A DNA stretch of 64,000 nucleotides from an uncultured delta proteobacterium (GTDB lineage Bacteria > Myxococcota > UBA727 > VGSZ01). Where the stretch lies: positions 800,001 to 864,000 of the forward strand of contig CAVZJB010000011.1 in assembly GCA_963775425.1 (NCBI GenBank). The letters are read 5' to 3'. Below the pieces are notes generated by a model, which did no database searches, had not been told where the DNA came from, and saw only the letters and a list, made by a program, of their open reading frames with translations. Made by a program: the position numbers and the translations under genes. This document shows positions 9,980 to 22,110 of the stretch, one piece after another (the stretch's first letter is position 1; every line of letters starts with the position of its first letter).

Positions 9980-11122
9980 TCAGGGAGCGCGCGGTGCAGG
10001 GAGCGCGCGCTTGCCCTTGGGCAGCACCTTGCGCGGCACCGACTTCTTCTTCTCCTTCGCCTTCTTTTCTTTCTCCTTCGCCTTGTCGAGGTCTTCGAGC
10101 TCGCGCTGCCGTTGCTGCTGGAGCTGCGCGGGCGGGGCGCGTCCCGCGCGCTCCTGCTGCGCGTCGCGGTCGATGATGCGCCGGCGCTGCGCGTCGAAGC
10201 GCCCGTCGACGTCGTCGGCGGGGGTCCTGAGCGGGCGCACCTCGACCTTGGAGGGCGGCGGCGCGCGGCGGTCGGGCACGATGTCCCGCGCACCGGTGCG
10301 GCGCTCGACGTCCGGCGCGCGGCGGATGGGGACGGCGTCGTCCCGGGTGCGCGGGCGCGCCTCCGGCGTGCCGTCCACGACGTCGACGACGGGCCGCGGC
10401 GTCACGCGCGTCCCCGTGGCGCGCTCGATGTCGCGCGGATCGACGCCGGGGTCGACGATGCGCCCGTGATCACCGCGCTCGGGCCGATGCAGCACGTGCG
10501 TCCGCGGCAGGATCGTGCGGCTCTGTGCGTGCGTGTGCACCACTGTGACGACGTTGATGACGAGGAAGTTGCGCTCGTCGACGAAGACCCACGCCCACGG
10601 GCCGATGCGGGCGCCGACGTCGGCGACCAAAAAGCCCCGGCCCGGGATCCACACCGCGTCCGGCCCGAGCGGCGCCCAGCCGATGAAGCCGGGGCCTGTC
10701 CGCCAGGCCACCCACGCCGGCGCCCAGACGCTGCCGGGCACCCAGATCCAGCCCGCGTCGTCGAGCCAGAGCCAGCGGCCGTAGTGATGGCAGACCCAGC
10801 CGAAGGGCTCGCCGGAGACCCACACCCAGCCGTACTCGGTGGTGTAGCTCCAGTGCCCGACCGTGTACGGCCGCCAACCCGTGTCGACGTACGGGCTGAA
10901 GACCCAGCCGTATTGGTCGTTCCACCACCAGTCGCCGTACGCGGAGATGTCCCGATAAAAGAGCGGCTCGTCGGCGACCGACGGGCGCGGCGGCGGCGGC
11001 GGCGGCGCCGGCGTCGCCTCCGCGCATGACGACGTCGTCAGCACGGCGAACAGCGCGAGCGCGAGCGCACGCGCGAGGCGCGCAGGGGACGGATGGAGCG
11101 AGAGGCGGGACGTGAGGCGCAT
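9980..11122 (-). CDS. DUF6600-like Trp-rich lipoprotein
   Basis: TSSC lipobox; YGWV...WRPY..GHW...EPFGW..HHYGRW...WAPAWVAWR...GWAPL. Confidence 0.8.
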   Translation of the reverse strand: MRLTSRLSLHPSPARLARALALALFAVLTTSSCAEATPAPPPPPPRPSVADEPLFYRDISAYGDWWWNDQYGWVFSPYVDTGWRPYTVGHWSYTTEYGWVWVSGEPFGWVCHHYGRWLWLDDAGWIWVPGSVWAPAWVAWRTGPGFIGWAPLGPDAVWIPGRGFLVADVGARIGPWAWVFVDERNFLVINVVTVVHTHAQSRTILPRTHVLHRPERGDHGRIVDPGVDPRDIERATGTRVTPRPVVDVVDGTPEARPRTRDDAVPIRRAPDVERRTGARDIVPDRRAPPPSKVEVRPLRTPADDVDGRFDAQRRRIIDRDAQQERAGRAPPAQLQQQRQRELEDLDKAKEKEKKAKEKKKSVPRKVLPKGKRALPAPRAP

Positions 11123-11134
11123 ATCGCTGCGATC

Positions 11135-11150
11135 AGCAGGATCTGCGCCA
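11135..11150 (-). promoter_or_regulatory. Putative sigma54 promoter
   Basis: Minus strand TGGCGCAGATCCTGCT just upstream of the ATG at 11122. Confidence 0.5.
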
Positions 11151-11239
11151 CGGGGGCGCCGCTCGCTGACGCAGCCGCGCTCCGCTCGACGGTGCGACCG
11201 GACACGGCTCGCCGGGTGACAGCGCGCGGGCGCGCAGCG

Positions 11240-11866
11240 TCACTCGGCGGCGATGGGGAGATCGTCGCCGGGGTCGTGGTCGTGGTCGTGGCGGGCGATG
11301 CCCTTGCGGGCCAGGGCGCGTTGCAGCACGGGCCTCGGCACCTGCAGCAGGCGCGCGGCGCGGGAGCGGTTCTCGACGGCGCGGTTGATTGCCTGGTCGA
11401 CGAACGCCTGCCGCGCCTCCTCCTCGAAGTCGAACAGCCCCACGCGGCCGACGAACGGCGCCACCAAAGACGCCACGTCGGGCAGCGGCTCCTCGCGCGC
11501 CGCGTCCAGCTCCGCGAGGAGGACGTCGCTGCCCAAGGGGCCGTCGAAGAGACGGTCCACGCCCCAGCGCCCGAGGGCGAACGCGTCCGCCGCCGACAGC
11601 GCCTGCTCGTGGACCGCGAACACGATGGGCGTGGGCATCCGGCGCCGGGCCGCGATGGCGATCCAGACGGCCCCCTGGAGGCTGTCGATGTCGACGAGCG
11701 CAAAGGCAATCGGCACCCCGCTCGTCAGGCGCTCCACCGCGCGCTCGAGCGAAGTGGCAGCGACGACGTCGCGAAAGCGCGTCTCGAGCGCGGTGCGCAG
11801 ACCATGGGACGAGCGGGCCTTGTTCCCCACGAGGAGCGCCACGCCCCAGTCGACGAAGTCCCCCAT
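11240..11866 (-). CDS. Degenerate receiver domain plus Fis-type HTH regulator
   Basis: FALVD (phospho-Asp position), GVDRLFDGP, ENRSRAARLLQVPRPVLQRAL; start uncertain. Confidence 0.6.
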   Translation of the reverse strand: MGDFVDWGVALLVGNKARSSHGLRTALETRFRDVVAATSLERAVERLTSGVPIAFALVDIDSLQGAVWIAIAARRRMPTPIVFAVHEQALSAADAFALGRWGVDRLFDGPLGSDVLLAELDAAREEPLPDVASLVAPFVGRVGLFDFEEEARQAFVDQAINRAVENRSRAARLLQVPRPVLQRALARKGIARHDHDHDPGDDLPIAAE

Positions 11867-12006
11867 GCGTGGATGGTGCGCATCCGCACGTGCTCCGGTC
11901 AACCGGTCGGGGGCCGGCGGCCCCCGGGCCGGCCGCCCGAGGCCCGGCTTCGGCAATCCCGCCACGCCGACCCCCTGCACCGCGCGGGTCCAGGGCTCCC
12001 CGGCGC

Positions 12007-14313
12007 CTAACGGCGGGGCGCCTGACGGGCGGCGTCGAGCAACAGCCCGCGCTCCGCCGACGCCACCGCGTGGCGCGCCTTGTCCACGGCATCGATGTTC
12101 ACCGAGATCGACGTGATGCCGAAGCGCACGAGGTGCGCGGCGAAGTCCGGGTAGTTCGAGGGCGCCTGGCCGCACAGCGACGACGTGATCCCCGCCGTGC
12201 GCGCCGCGGTGATGATGCGCTCGATGGCGTCGAGGACTGCGCCGTCGCGCTCGTCGAACAGCTCGGAGCACGTCTCGGAGTCGCGATCCACGCCGAGCGT
12301 GAGCTGCGTGAGGTCGTTGCTCCCGATGGAGACGCCGTCGATCCCCATGCGCGCGTAAAACGGGATCCAGTAGGCCACCGACGGCACCTCGGCCATCACC
12401 CAGCGGTGCAGACCGCGCTGCTTGCCGAGCGGGCTCTTGTCGACAATCTCGAGGCACGCCTCGAGCTCCCAGCGCGTGCGCACGAACGGGATCATGATGT
12501 GGACGTTGGGTGACTCCTCGCGCACGCGCGCGAGCACCTCGAGCTCGACCTGGAACAGCTCCGGGTCCTTCACGTAGCGGTAGCAGCCGCGGTAGCCGAT
12601 CATCGGGTTCTCTTCGACCGGCTCGTACTTCTCGCCGCCGGCGAGGCCGCGGAACTCGTTGGTCCGGAAGTCGTACGACCGATACACGACCGGTCGCGGG
12701 GCGAAGGCGCGCGCGATCCTCGACAGGGATTCGGTGAGCTTGTCGACGAGCTCCTTGCGACCACCCGACGCCATGAGCTCCTTCGGGTGTTTGCCGGCGA
12801 GCGCGTCGGTGATCGTGAATTCCGCGCGAAGCAGGCCGACGCCGTCGACGGGGAGCTTGGCCACCGCCTCCGCCTGCTGGGCCATGGCGAGGTTGACGTA
12901 GAGCTTGGTCGCGATCGTCTCCTCGGCCGGCGCGGCCGTCGGCGCCGCCGCCGCCGCCGCCTTGCCCGTGGCCGCAACGGTCACGGGAGACGGGGCGCCC
13001 TCGAGGACGATCCCCTTGGCGCCGTCGACGGTGATCTCCTCACCGTCGCGCAGGATGCGGGTGGCCTGGCGCGTGCCGACGACGCACGGGATGCCGAGCT
13101 CGCGGCTGACGATGGCGGCGTGGCAGGTGATGCCGCCGCTGTCGGTGACGACGGCGGAGGCGCGGCGAATGGTCGGCACCCAGTCCGGCGCCGTCATCTG
13201 CGCCACGAGGACCTCGCCGTCTTTCAGGCGCGCGCCCTCGTCGGGGCTCTTCAGCAGTCGAGCCTTGCCGCCGGCGATGCCCGGTGACGCGCCGAGGCCG
13301 GTGACGAGCGGTTTGCCCGCAGGCGCCGCGCCCCTGGTCGGCGCGGAGCCGGCCGGAGCGTCCTCGTGCAGCGTCGTGATCGGGCGGGTCTGCACCAGGT
13401 AGAAGCGGCCGCCCTCCTCGGCCCACTCGATGTCCTGGGGCTTGCCGTAGTGCTTCTCCACGTTCAGTCCGACGACGGCGAGCGCCACCGCCTCGTCGTC
13501 GGAGAGCACCCTGCGGAGAGCGTCGTCGCCCTTGAGGTCCACGCGATGATCGCGCCCGTTCTTGCCGCGCACGATCTTGAACGCCTTTTCGCCCACGCGC
13601 GCCTCGAGGAGGCGGGGGCCCTCCTTCAGCAGCGTGTACGTGTCCGGCTCGACCTGGCCGCCGACGACGACCTCGCCGAGGCCGAAGGCGCCTTCGATGA
13701 CGATGCGGGCGCGGTCGCCGGTGGCGGGATCGGCGGTGAACATCACGCCCGAGCGCGCGGAGTGCACCATCTTCTGCACCACCACCGCGAGCTGCGGCTC
13801 GTCCGAGAGGTGTTGCGCCTTGCGATACGCGAGGACGCGCGGGGTGTACGCCGAGGCCCAGCACGCCTTGATGTGTTGCAGGAGGGAGCTCGCTCCGGCC
13901 ACGTCGGTGAAGGTCTCGTGCATCCCGGCGAACGACGTGCCCGCCGTGTCCTCCGAGGTCGCCGACGAGCGGACCGCCACGGCCTCATGGGCGCCGATGC
14001 GGCGATACGCCTGGGTGATCTCCTCCTCGAGAGCTGGGGGAATCGGCACATCGAGGATGATGTGGCGGAGCTCGTCCGCGGTGCGCGCGACGCCCGCGGC
14101 GTCGTTGGCGTCGACGCCTGCCATGAGCTTCCGCAGCTTCTCCCGTGCGCCCGCCGCCTCCAGCGATGCGATGAACGCCTCCGCGGTGACGACGAAGCCG
14201 GACGGCACCGGGAGCCCGGCCCGCACCATCTCGCCGAGGTTGGCGCCCTTGCCGCCCGCGTGGGCGACGTCGTTCTTGGTGAGCTCAGCGAGGGGGATGA
14301 CGTTTTTGGACAT
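12007..14313 (-). CDS. ppsA: Phosphoenolpyruvate synthase
   Basis: [62 protein letters not shown]. Confidence 0.96.
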   Translation of the reverse strand: MSKNVIPLAELTKNDVAHAGGKGANLGEMVRAGLPVPSGFVVTAEAFIASLEAAGAREKLRKLMAGVDANDAAGVARTADELRHIILDVPIPPALEEEITQAYRRIGAHEAVAVRSSATSEDTAGTSFAGMHETFTDVAGASSLLQHIKACWASAYTPRVLAYRKAQHLSDEPQLAVVVQKMVHSARSGVMFTADPATGDRARIVIEGAFGLGEVVVGGQVEPDTYTLLKEGPRLLEARVGEKAFKIVRGKNGRDHRVDLKGDDALRRVLSDDEAVALAVVGLNVEKHYGKPQDIEWAEEGGRFYLVQTRPITTLHEDAPAGSAPTRGAAPAGKPLVTGLGASPGIAGGKARLLKSPDEGARLKDGEVLVAQMTAPDWVPTIRRASAVVTDSGGITCHAAIVSRELGIPCVVGTRQATRILRDGEEITVDGAKGIVLEGAPSPVTVAATGKAAAAAAPTAAPAEETIATKLYVNLAMAQQAEAVAKLPVDGVGLLRAEFTITDALAGKHPKELMASGGRKELVDKLTESLSRIARAFAPRPVVYRSYDFRTNEFRGLAGGEKYEPVEENPMIGYRGCYRYVKDPELFQVELEVLARVREESPNVHIMIPFVRTRWELEACLEIVDKSPLGKQRGLHRWVMAEVPSVAYWIPFYARMGIDGVSIGSNDLTQLTLGVDRDSETCSELFDERDGAVLDAIERIITAARTAGITSSLCGQAPSNYPDFAAHLVRFGITSISVNIDAVDKARHAVASAERGLLLDAARQAPRR

Positions 14314-14344
14314 GCCCCGCCCCTTCCGAGATCCGTGCCAGTGT

Positions 14345-14360
14345 TGGCGCGGCGGATGCT
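14345..14360 (+). promoter_or_regulatory. Putative sigma54 promoter, divergent from ppsA
   Basis: TGGCGCGGCGGATGCT (GG-N10-GC); an opposite-strand TGGCACG half-site faces ppsA. Confidence 0.4.
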
Positions 14361-14373
14361 TGCTCCGTGGGGC

Positions 14374-14868
14374 ATGCGGACTCTCCTCGTCGCCGTCGCG
14401 TCGTTCTTCCGGTTCCTGGTGCTGATCGGCACGGGCCGGTTGCATCAGCCCCGCGCGCGCCTCGGCCTCGAGGTGGACGCACCGCGGGAGAACCACTTCG
14501 TGGCGTTTCGCGAGACGCGCGTCGCCGCGCACGGCGACACCGTGTTGCTCATCTGGTTCGAGCTGCGCTTCGTCGCGCCGAAGAACCGCCGGCGCGCGTC
14601 GCTCTTCCGGCGCGTGTGCATCATCACCACGCCGTTCTTCAGCGGCGTCGACGGCTTCGTGAGCAAGCTGTGGATGGAGGATCGTGTGGCCGCGCGCTAC
14701 CTCGGCATCTACGAGTTTGCGTCGGCGTCCGCGGCGTCGGAGTACGCGAGCTACATCGCCGCCGTGTTGCACCCGTTGTCGAAGCCGGGCTCGATCTCCT
14801 GGGAGATCGTGGAGCAGGAGAGCGTCGCCGACACCATCGCCACGCACGCGCCGGCGCGCGCCGCATAG
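14374..14868 (+). CDS. YdhR-like (dimeric alpha-beta barrel) protein
   Basis: [13 protein letters not shown]...[14 protein letters not shown]; GC3-biased frame. Confidence 0.55.
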   Translation: MRTLLVAVASFFRFLVLIGTGRLHQPRARLGLEVDAPRENHFVAFRETRVAAHGDTVLLIWFELRFVAPKNRRRASLFRRVCIITTPFFSGVDGFVSKLWMEDRVAARYLGIYEFASASAASEYASYIAAVLHPLSKPGSISWEIVEQESVADTIATHAPARAA

Positions 14869-14936
14869 CCAGTCGTGCGCCTCGAGCCGCGCCGTCACCT
14901 CGCTTGGGGGTGCTTCGTTCGGCTTCGAGCGCGCGC

Positions 14937-15251
14937 TCAGCGAGCGCCGCTGACCCGCGTCACCGGCGGCGGCGGCGTGAGCGGCGGGGTGTCGCGCGTC
15001 GCGCGGTCGCAGATGACCATGCCGCCGAGCAGCAGCAGGAACGCGATGCCGGTGGCGAAGGCCAACGCGGAGCTCAGCTTCGCTTCGCGGATCTCCATGA
15101 ACACGCCCACGACGACGGCGGCCTTGACGAGCGCGATGCTGAGGGCCACCGGCACGCTGAGGCCGTGGAGGTGCAGGAACGACAAGCCGAGGCTCGCGCC
15201 CGCGAGCAGCACGAGCGCGGCAAACGCGAGGAGGACAGCGCGCACGGTCAC
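14937..15251 (-). CDS. ctaF: Cytochrome c oxidase subunit IV
   Basis: Three TM segments, [15 protein letters not shown]; last gene of the cox operon. Confidence 0.85.
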   Translation of the reverse strand: MTVRAVLLAFAALVLLAGASLGLSFLHLHGLSVPVALSIALVKAAVVVGVFMEIREAKLSSALAFATGIAFLLLLGGMVICDRATRDTPPLTPPPPVTRVSGAR

Positions 15252-15862
15252 CCGTGGCCGCCCGTGAGATAGAAGAGCGGCCACAGGAAGATCCAGACGA
15301 CGTCGACGTAGTGCCAGTAGAGCGCGGCGTTCTCGAACGCGTGGTGCCAGCCGTTCGAGCGGCGGCCGAGCGCGAGCACGCAGGCGACGATCAGCAAGAC
15401 GCAAAAGCCGACGGCGACGTGCACCGCGTGAAACGCCGTGGCCACGTAGTAGAGCGTCCAGAACGCGGCGGGCCCCTTCGCGCCCGCGGACACGCCGGGC
15501 ACGATGCCTTCGTGGACGTGTAGGCCGTACTCGATGCCCTTGAGCAGCAGGAACGTCCCGCCGAGGAGCGCCGTGACGAAGGTCAGTGCGGCGGCGAGGC
15601 GCGCGCGCCCGGCACGATTGACGATGACGCCGAGCGCCAGCGTGCAACTGCTGGTCAGCAGAATGAAGGTGTTGACGCTGCCGATGGCCTTCCTGCCGTG
15701 CGCCACGCCGGCGGCGAAGCCCGCCGGAATCCGCCGCGCGCTCGGCCGTGTACAGGACGAAGAGCGCGGTGAAGAACATGACTTCGCTGCCGATGAGGAG
15801 CCACATGCCGAGCCGCGTGGCGTGGTGTTGCTGCCCGGCGTCCTCGAAGTGCGCGGCGTGGC

Positions 15863-15866
<4 letters not shown>
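15248..15866 (-). pseudogene. ctaE: Cytochrome c oxidase subunit III with a +1 frameshift near 15728 (possibly sequencing error)
   Basis: GMWLLIGSEVMFF in one frame; NTFILLTSS, HAVHV and [13 protein letters not shown] in another; removing one A at 15728-15729 restores DPAGFAA. Confidence 0.85.
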
Positions 15867-17481
<1,615 letters not shown>

Positions 17482-17485
<4 letters not shown>

Positions 17486-18429
17486 GGCGGCCCCCGGAGA
17501 CTGTGGATGAGCTCGATGATGTCGGCGACGTCTGCAGGCGAGAGCACGCCCTGAAAGCGCGGCATGACATCGGCGTAGCCCTCCACCACGCGCGCGCTCG
17601 GGAACACCATGGACTGCGTGAGATAGGCGTCGTCCGCGACGACCTCCTCCCCGCCGGTCATGCGCACCGTGCTCCCTGCGAGCTCCCGCCACGAGGGTCC
17701 GATGCGCGGCGCGCCGTCGAGCGAGTGACACGACAGGCAGCCGGCGCGCGCGGCCGCGAGCATCCCGCGCCGCGCCGCCGGCGACGACGGACGAGACGGG
17801 GCGAGGGCGCCGTCGTACTCCGCGAGCGGCACGACGTGGATGGTGCCGAGCATGCGCGCGTGGCCCGCGCCGCACATCTCCGCGCAGCGCACGGGGAAGT
17901 CGCCGGTCTCGCGGGCCTGGAACCACGCGGTGACGTAGCGGCCGGGGATCACGTCTTCCTTCAAGCGAAACGCCGGCACATAGAAGCTGTGAATGACGTC
18001 GCGGGACGTCATGACGACCTCCACCGGGATGCCGCGTGGCACCGTCAGCGTGCCGAGCTCGATCTCGCCGCTGTCGTGCTCGAATTTCCACATCCACTGC
18101 TTGGCGGTGACGTGGACGACGAGCGCGCCTGGCGGGACCTCGTGCATGTGGTCGTACTGCTGAAACCCGATGGACCACCACAGCAGGAACATCGCCAGGA
18201 TGGACGACATGATGAGCGCCTCGCCCGTGGTCGACGCGTAGCCGCTCCGCTTGGGCCGCGGTGGGCCGGTCCGGCGGTACTTGGCGATGAAGAAGACCGC
18301 GACGAACGTGATGCCAAGGCTGCCCACCACAGCGGTGCTGAAGACGAACGCGTGGAGCCAGTCGATGTGCTTGGCGAACGTGGACGCCTGTGGCGGCAGG
18401 TTGAGGGCCCAGATGATGAAGCGGTTCAT
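17482..18429 (-). CDS. ctaC: Cytochrome c oxidase subunit II with fused cytochrome c (caa3)
   Basis: DVIHSF, CAEMCGAGHARM (CuA); CLSCH...MP. Confidence 0.95.
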
Positions 18430-18764
18430 CGCGCGCTCCGCTCGACGATCAGCGCCTTCGCGTCGTCGATGGGGATGTGGGCGACGCCGTCGGCGCGATC
18501 CACCCAGCCGAGGGAACGCAGCGCCTCGTCCGCGCGTCGCCGCTTTGGCGCCGCCAGGGCCGGGCCGCGGATGGGCGTCTGGTAGACGCCGCCGATGCTT
18601 ACAGGCGCCGTCGCGCTCTCGCCGCGGTGCACCGGGCTGCTCATCGCCACGACGACCACGAGCGACACGGCGATGACGACGAGCGAGACCAGCGTCACGA
18701 TGACGATCGGCCGCGCCTGCAGCCGATCGTGCTCCTGGTGGACGGGCGGCGGCGCGGCGCTCAT
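18426..18764 (-). CDS. actG: ActG-like single-TM subunit
   Basis: One TM; LRSLGWVDR..GVAHIPIDDA; position after actF. Confidence 0.7.
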   Translation of the reverse strand: MSAAPPPVHQEHDRLQARPIVIVTLVSLVVIAVSLVVVVAMSSPVHRGESATAPVSIGGVYQTPIRGPALAAPKRRRADEALRSLGWVDRADGVAHIPIDDAKALIVERSAR

Positions 18765-19684
18765 GCAGGCTCCTGAAGGCGCTCGAGCGCGAAGAGGACC
18801 GTGATGCAGGTCGCGACGACGCCGACGCCGATGACGAAGCCCACCACGCGCGCGAACGGTGAATCGAGCGGGCCACCACCGTGGGCCGAGGGGACCACGA
18901 GCCACACGGCCTCGAGGAGCTGGGCGCACGCGACCCACGCCCCCATCGTCGCGGTGCCCCACGGCCGCTCCTTGAGCGCGCGAAAGAGCAACAGGAACAT
19001 GGTGGTGGCGACGCCGCCCGCGGCGAGGAAGCCGGCGACGACGGGCCACGCGCCGGTCATCCGCTCGGCGTAGTAGGCGTTTTCGTGCGGAAGGTTCCCG
19101 ATCCAGACGATCAGGAGCTGCATGAAGCTGACGTAGCCCCAGAACATCGTCGTCGCGAACATCATGGTGCCGAAGTCGGCGCACACCTGGGGCGCGCGAC
19201 GGGCCCACAGGAAGCTCGCGATGCCGAGCGCGCCGGCGGCGCCGGCCGCGATGACGATGACGCCGAAGATGGTGGAGCGGAAATGGGGCGTGAGCTCCAT
19301 GAGCCAGTCGAACGACGCGAGCATGGAGAGCCCGAACAACGACAGCATGCCCAACGCCGCCGGCCACTCGCGATCTCTTCCGGTGCGGCGTCGTACGAGG
19401 AGCGCCACCGCGGCGAGCCCGGCGAGCACGACGCCGCTCCGCACGCCCCACCCGGCGCCCGACACCTCGCCGCGCAACGCGTCCCAGGCGTACAGGTGCG
19501 GCGCGTCGACGGCGACCGGGATGAACAAGATCGGCAAGAACACGGTGAGTCCGCTCAGCGCCCGCATCGGCGCGCGCAGGGCGGCGAGCCAGCGCGCGTC
19601 CACGAGGCCGTCGAGGAGCACGAAGAAGAGCGCGCCCCAGCCGATCATCGCGGCGTAGGTGAAGGCGGCGAGGTAGCCGATCAC
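18761..19684 (-). CDS. actF: Alternative complex III subunit F
   Basis: SFDWLMEL.PHFRSTIFG, FWGYVSFMQLLIVWIGNLPHE; multi-TM. Confidence 0.85.
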   Translation of the reverse strand: MIGYLAAFTYAAMIGWGALFFVLLDGLVDARWLAALRAPMRALSGLTVFLPILFIPVAVDAPHLYAWDALRGEVSGAGWGVRSGVVLAGLAAVALLVRRRTGRDREWPAALGMLSLFGLSMLASFDWLMELTPHFRSTIFGVIVIAAGAAGALGIASFLWARRAPQVCADFGTMMFATTMFWGYVSFMQLLIVWIGNLPHENAYYAERMTGAWPVVAGFLAAGGVATTMFLLLFRALKERPWGTATMGAWVACAQLLEAVWLVVPSAHGGGPLDSPFARVVGFVIGVGVVATCITVLFALERLQEPA

Positions 19685-20250
19685 GGCACCGCCTCCAGCC
19701 GTGCGCGCAAGCGCGGGGGAAGCTCGGCCGCCGGCGCGTGCCGGCTCAGTTGCAGCGCCTTTACGTACCAGGCCACGGCCCAGCGCTCGCGCGCGTCGAG
19801 CTCGGCAGCGTACGAACGCATCAGCCCGTAGCCGTTCGTGGAGACGTCGTAGAAGTACGCAGGCGGCTCCGCGCGCAGCCGCGGGATGTGCAGGTCGCGC
19901 GGCTTGACGAGCTCCATGTGCTCGGCGACGACGCTGTCTCCGTCCCCGAGGCGCCCGTGACACGCGGCGCACGTGACGTTGAACTCGCGCTCGCCCTCGT
20001 CGAGCAGCGCCTGCGTCACCGGCGGGCGGGTGCCCGGCTTCGGCGACAGATAGGCCACGGTCCCCGGCGGCGGCGCCTGCAGCACCTTGCCGTCGCTGAA
20101 GAAGTCGCTCCTCTCGAAGTCGTCGGCGCGCTGCTGCTCGAGCATGCGCTCGAGCGACGGGTCCGGCAGGACGAACGCGTCCGCGCACGGTGTGCACGAC
20201 GACGCGAAGGCCGTGAGCGCGACCGCCAGGGGCAGGTGCTTGCGGGTCAC
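19681..20250 (-). CDS. actE: ACIII mono-haem cytochrome c lipoprotein
   Basis: Lipobox-like ASSC; PPPGTV, CAACH, NGYGLM, ERWAVAWYVKALQ. Confidence 0.88.
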   Translation of the reverse strand: MTRKHLPLAVALTAFASSCTPCADAFVLPDPSLERMLEQQRADDFERSDFFSDGKVLQAPPPGTVAYLSPKPGTRPPVTQALLDEGEREFNVTCAACHGRLGDGDSVVAEHMELVKPRDLHIPRLRAEPPAYFYDVSTNGYGLMRSYAAELDARERWAVAWYVKALQLSRHAPAAELPPRLRARLEAVP

Positions 20251-20795
20251 CCCACGGCTCCTTGGTCGCCGGTCGCGGGAGGGACCCCGACACGCAGCGC
20301 GCCCGCGGCGACCAGCGCGTCGCGCAGACGCGGGAAGCCGGCGACGTCGACGACGGCGCAGACGAAGAAGCGATCGCTTGTTGCGCGCTCGATGCCGTGA
20401 AGCGCGAAGGAGGGGTGCGCGAGGCGCGGCATCCGGCTCGCGACGAAGAACGCGATGAAGATGGAGACGCCCGCGACGAGCACCGTGGTTTCGAACGTGA
20501 GCGGGATGAACGCCGGCGCCGAGTGCAGCGGCCGCCCGCCGACGTTCAACGGGTAGTCGACGAGGTTGATGTACCACTGGAGCCAGTACGCGAAGATGCC
20601 GCCGCTCACGCCGCCGAGGAGACCCGTCGCCGCCACGGCCTTCTCGCGTACACGCGCTTGCGGCAGCTCCTTGCGGTCCAGCGGAAACGGCGAGATCGCT
20701 TCGATGTCGCGCGCGCCGCTCCTGCGCGCCGCCGCGAGGACGCGCACCAGCGTGTCCTCGTCCGCAGCTTCGGCGACGCAGAAGACGTCAGCCAC
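20247..20795 (-). CDS. actD: ACIII subunit D (DUF3341)
   Basis: SPFP, DYPLNVGGRP, PAFIPLTFE, DRFFV. Confidence 0.88.
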   Translation of the reverse strand: MADVFCVAEAADEDTLVRVLAAARRSGARDIEAISPFPLDRKELPQARVREKAVAATGLLGGVSGGIFAYWLQWYINLVDYPLNVGGRPLHSAPAFIPLTFETTVLVAGVSIFIAFFVASRMPRLAHPSFALHGIERATSDRFFVCAVVDVAGFPRLRDALVAAGALRVGVPPATGDQGAVG

Positions 20796-22110
20796 GACGC
20801 ACCTCCGCCTTCAGCTCCGACAACGGAATGAAGGGAACGAACCGGAGAAAGAGGAGAAAGAGGAACGCGAAGAAGCACAGGGAGCCGGTGAAGAGCCCCG
20901 CGTCGATCCACGACGGCTTGAACGTGGCCCAGCTCGACGGCAGGTAGTCGCGCGACAACGAGCCCGCGATGATCACGAATCGCTCGAGCCACATGCCGAG
21001 GTTCACGACGAGGGACATCGCGAACAGGACCGCCGGCGAGCGGCGCAGCCGCTTGAACCACAGCACCTGCGGGGCGGCGACGTTGCAGGCGAACGTGAGC
21101 CAGAACCAGAAAGCGTACGGCCCTGCGGGGCGCAGGTGGAACGTGAACTCGCGCTCGATCTCGTCGCTGCTGTTCCACGCGAGGATGTGCTCGGCGGCGT
21201 ACGCGTACGCGAGCACCAGGCTCAGGAGGAGGATCATCTTCCCGAGCATCTCGAGGTGGCGCGTGGTGATGACGTCTTCGAGGCGGTAAACCCAGCGGAT
21301 GGGCACGATGAGCGTGCACAGCATCGCGAAACCCGAAAACAGCGCGCCCGCGACGAAATACGGCGGGAAGATCGTGGAGTGCCAGCCGTGGACGATGGCG
21401 ATGGCAAAGTCGAGCGACACCACGCTGTGCACGCTGACGACGAGCGGTGTCGCCAGCCCGCCGAGGAGGAGCGAGGTCTTCGCGTGCAGCTGCCATTGGC
21501 CGCTCGTGCCGCGCCAGCCGAGGGCGAAGAGGCCGTACACGCGGCGCCGAACGGCGCCGACGGCGTGGTCGCGCGCAGCCGCGAGGTCGGGGATGAGCCC
21601 GACGTACCAAAACAGGAGCGAGATGGTCCCATAGGTCGTGATGGCGCCGACGTCCCAGGTGAGCGAAGAGCGAAACTGCGGCCAGACGCCCATCTGCTCG
21701 GGATAGGGGATGAGCCAGTAGGCGAACCACGCCCGCCCCATGTGGAGGATCGGGAACAGCATCGCCTGCACCACGGCGAACAGCGTCATGGTCTCCGCCA
21801 GCCGGTTGATCGACGTGCGCCAGCGCTGTCGCAGCAGGAGGAGGATGGCGGAGATGAACGTCCCCGCGTGGCCGATTCCGATCCACCACACGAAGTTGGT
21901 GATGGCGAAGCACCACGCCACCGGGATGTTGTTGCCCCAGGTGCCGATGCCCGCGACGAGTGTGTAGAGCATCGCCGCGAAGAACATCAGCGTGCCCGCC
22001 CCGCTGATGACCATGAGCGGCAGGAGGCCCCGCGGCGGGTGCATGTTGAAGTCGACGATGCGCGTCGTGAGCGCGCCGAGCTCATGACGGCCGAGGATCA
22101 CGTCGCTCAT
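20788..22110 (-). CDS. actC: ACIII NrfD-family quinol-binding subunit
   Basis: NFVWWIGIGHAGTFISAIL, WRTSINRLAE, HMGR, SVHSVVSLDF, GMWLERF. Confidence 0.95.
   Translation of the reverse strand: MSDVILGRHELGALTTRIVDFNMHPPRGLLPLMVISGAGTLMFFAAMLYTLVAGIGTWGNNIPVAWCFAITNFVWWIGIGHAGTFISAILLLLRQRWRTSINRLAETMTLFAVVQAMLFPILHMGRAWFAYWLIPYPEQMGVWPQFRSSLTWDVGAITTYGTISLLFWYVGLIPDLAAARDHAVGAVRRRVYGLFALGWRGTSGQWQLHAKTSLLLGGLATPLVVSVHSVVSLDFAIAIVHGWHSTIFPPYFVAGALFSGFAMLCTLIVPIRWVYRLEDVITTRHLEMLGKMILLLSLVLAYAYAAEHILAWNSSDEIEREFTFHLRPAGPYAFWFWLTFACNVAAPQVLWFKRLRRSPAVLFAMSLVVNLGMWLERFVIIAGSLSRDYLPSSWATFKPSWIDAGLFTGSLCFFAFLFLLFLRFVPFIPLSELKAEVRRG

Noticed and set aside
14325-14340. Sigma54 promoter for ppsA (TGGCACGGATCTCGG)
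   Set aside because: The -12 GC is absent, so it was not called as a separate feature
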